Positions 61,650 through 64,000 of a stretch of 64,000 bases of DNA are shown piece after piece (the first letter of the stretch is position 1; every line of letters begins with the position of its first letter). The notes under the pieces are model-generated. The model saw only the letters and a list, made by a program, of their open reading frames with translations. It searched no databases and was not told the origin of the DNA. Source of the stretch: Felis catus (taxonomy: Eukaryota). Location of the stretch: NCBI RefSeq assembly GCF_018350175.1, contig NC_058378.1, positions 74,524,001 to 74,588,000 of the forward strand. The letters run 5' to 3'. Made by a program: the position numbers and the translations under genes.

Positions 61650-62781
61650 GGACAGGGTGTTAGTCTCAGCTAACCTTCTGGGGAATGGGATCCAAACCAG
61701 TCAGTGAAGAAAATGGGATGATTATTCCCTCTCGTGAGTCAAAAACAAGTCATGGTTTGCAAAAATTAGACATGAAGAGATACAAAGTCACAGGAAATGA
61801 GACCCTGTCTTCAGCACGTCTCTTGAGGTAGCATCAGCCAAGCGGGAAAAGCATGGGGGTCTAGAGAGACCCAGAGAAAGGACTTGCCATTCCAGCACGC
61901 CTCGTTCCTTGCTTTGTAACTCTGCCCAACTGGGTCTCTTTGAGCTTCGCTCTTGTTTGCGTGGGGAAAGAAGGCCAACCTTGCAAGGTTGTTGGTGGGA
62001 CTATAGGAGACACGACTATAAACTGTGGGCAGAGCACCGGTGCCCAGAAAATGGAAATCAGCCTGACTGTTACTAGGCATAAGTTGCAAAGTCAGGCAAG
62101 CCCACTGCTGGAGGGAGCGATTGGCACTTAGTTCTTCTGGAAAATCTGTACCAAAAGTTCTAAAACTTTCCATCCTTTGAATCAGCCATTCCACTTCTCT
62201 GCATTTATCTGGAAAAAACAGTCAAGATAGACACAGAATTATGGAGGAAGATGTCCATTTATAGCACGATAAGGAAATACTTTAAAAATTGGCAACAATT
62301 AAAATATGGTTAATTTAAATTTCTGAAACCTAGACAATGGGGGCACCTGGCTCAGTGGGTTAAGCATCCTACTTAGGCTCACGTCATGACCTTAAGGTTC
62401 CTGAGTTCCAGCCTCATGTCAGGGTCTGTGCTGACAGCTCAGAGCCTGGAGCCTGCTTCAGATTCTGTGTCTCCCTCTCTCTCTGTTTCTTCCCAGCTCA
62501 CCCTCTGTCTGTCTGTCTCTCTCTCAAAAATAAATAAACACTCAAAAAAAATTTTTTTAAACCTAGACAATGAAATCCAGGCATAGAAATAAAATATATA
62601 AAAGTCAGTTTTATAATGATAGTTTTTAAAGCTTATTTTAGCAGGGGAACCTAGAGTTAAAATCAAAATATATACACATAGCTAAACGGGTAGATATGTA
62701 GATAGATTTATTTTTTGTTTAAAAAAATATACAATTACTTTGGTGATTAGGAAATTAAATTAAAATCATGCAAACTGTAGA
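61650..62781 (-). repeat. Right arm of inverted duplication (near-identical core 61889-62213)
   Basis: Anchors outside the core: CAACAATTAAAATATGGTT (62293-62311 vs 57673-57691), TTATTCCCTCTC (61722-61733 vs 58429-58440), GGACAGGG (61650 vs 58517), AAACTGTAGA (62772 vs 57368). Confidence 0.93.
62340..62558 (+). mobile_element. CanSINE (SINEC_Fc2-like) private to the right arm
   Basis: Perfect 14-bp TSD AAACCTAGACAATG at 62326-62339 and 62559-62572. Confidence 0.96.
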
Positions 62782-63217
62782 CACTATCTCTGTCATTCCT
62801 TCTACATTCATTAGCTGGCATTCTTTGGTGAAGAAAACCTTTGCCTTCTCCCTCTCCCGCTAGCACCCAAAGGTTTTTGTTTTTCTTTTTGTTTTGAATA
62901 TCACTATGGAGTCCTGGATTCTTTGGGCTATGATCCATAACTCTCTGCTGCTCAAATTGTCCTAAATTTGGCAGTGGGAACTCCTTAGCTGACTCCTGTA
63001 TCTTTTCAACAGATCTCCATCCGTCTTTGAGTGCTTCCTTGCCTTCTGACTCAAGAGACTCCAGGCTCATCCCCCTGTACTTCTCTCTCCCCCAGCAGTT
63101 TCTCTGAAGAGCCCCCGTTTCTATTAATGGAGAGCTTGGGAATTAGAAAACAAGATCTGGGCACTCGCAGGGTTCATTGCCCCTGGAGTGTCACTGCTTC
63201 CAGAGTCTTCCAGTGAC
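62782..63217 (-). mobile_element. L1MC4-like 3' UTR segment, opposite orientation to 59686-61597
   Basis: TGCTCAAATTGTCCTAAATTTGGCAGTGGG...TCCAGGCTCATC...AAGATCTGGGCAC matches the reverse complement of the recalled L1MC4 3' end. Confidence 0.8.
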
Positions 63218-63827
63218 TCTCCTAGAGTCACCCAGTCTTCCAGGGTGAGTCTTCCACACCCTCAAGTGTGTTATTATCTGAATCCTCATTTAAAAAGAAG
63301 GATTTTTCACTTCTGCATAAGGTCAAAAATACTAAATGTCAAGATTTACAGCATTTCCCCTTTTTCTCCCCTTCAGACCTCTTTGTTGTGTTAATCAGGA
63401 TGGCGGGGTAGAGAGATGAATTGGAAAATAAGTACAGAGACGAAATGGATTTACACAATGGTACAGTGCCTCTCTCTGGGACCCAGCCATGTGAGAAAAG
63501 CAAGCTGGAGTTTCAGAGAAACAGAGGAGATCCAGCCACAAAGAGAGCAGAAAGGCTTTCAGAAGGCTGATGCCTGCACAGGGTTTTAAGAAGTTTTGCG
63601 GTTTCTTATGTGATAAAATTTTCATTTTCTACCCCTTCAAGAGACTTCAGTGAAGACATTACTTCTCTAGACCTTTGGATTAGACTTGTGTTTCTCTTAA
63701 TGGTGACACCAAGCAGAAATGGTTCTTAAAGCAAGTTCAAGAAGGCCTGGGATTATTTGGATTATAATTATTATTAAGGGAGCATTCCACGTAAGGAGCT
63801 AAATATTACAAATTCCTGTTTTCAGAA

Positions 63828-63985
63828 CAGTGGAATGGAAAAGAAATATGCTCTGGAATTAGAAATGGTTTTGTAATCCACCCCCCCCCTCACCCCCACC
63901 ACCACCTCGTAATTACACAATCTTGGCCAAGGTACTTAATGTTTCTGAATCTCATTCTATCTGGAAAAATTGTAGATGACTTGGA
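63828..63985 (+). mobile_element. MIR fragment
   Basis: CAGTGGAATGGAAAAGAAATATGCTCTGGAATTAGA...CTTGGCCAAGGTACTTAATGTTTCTGAATCTCA. Confidence 0.6.
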
Positions 63986-64000
63986 AATAGTCAAAGAGTC

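Noticed and set aside
57809-62194. Two near-identical ORFs MEWLIQRMESFRTFG... suggesting a duplicated gene
   Set aside because: They begin at GTG in decayed L1/MIR-like DNA and are identical only because they lie in the inverted-repeat core.
57790-62213. Inverted repeat interpreted as the TIRs of a 4.4-kb DNA transposon
   Set aside because: No TSD, homology continues in diverged form beyond the core on both sides, and the interior has no transposase.
1-64000. CRISPR arrays, operons or other prokaryote-type systems; identity of a host gene
   Set aside because: The sequence is clearly mammalian with no repeat-spacer array, and I recognised no exon that would name a host or neighbouring gene.

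Overview
This is mammalian non-coding DNA from a cat-family (Felidae) genome. It carries 23 tRNA-derived carnivore SINEs (CanSINE/SINEC), five of them young feline copies (SINEC_Fc1-like) with long target-site duplications (TSDs). It also has carnivore and ancient L1 fragments, L2/MIR relics, four solo or partial LTRs, several Tigger and hAT DNA-transposon derivatives, and seven N gaps. I can support no protein-coding exon, RNA gene or named gene, so the window reads as a large intron or gene desert. Most ORF-track entries are repeat-derived, cross gaps, or are chance. The best finding is at 57.4-63.3 kb: an old ~1.1-kb inverted duplication with clearly diverged flanks but a 325-bp core identical at 323/325 positions, which suggests recent or recurrent arm-to-arm gene conversion. 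Each arm has its own private SINE. The right arm lies inside an L1MC4-like element that is split and partly inverted, and that element ends in a junction of short hairpins and triplicated 9-mers. Other points of interest are a ~370-bp local direct duplication (26.1/28.1 kb), a CpG-rich candidate promoter or enhancer with an overlapping MEF2/TATA motif and a minus-strand splice donor (11.5-12.1 kb), and an unexplained 272-aa ORF (39.7-40.5 kb). Repeat family names come from recalled consensus sequences, not a database run, and boundaries of old repeats are approximate. I see no evidence of a novel multi-gene system.
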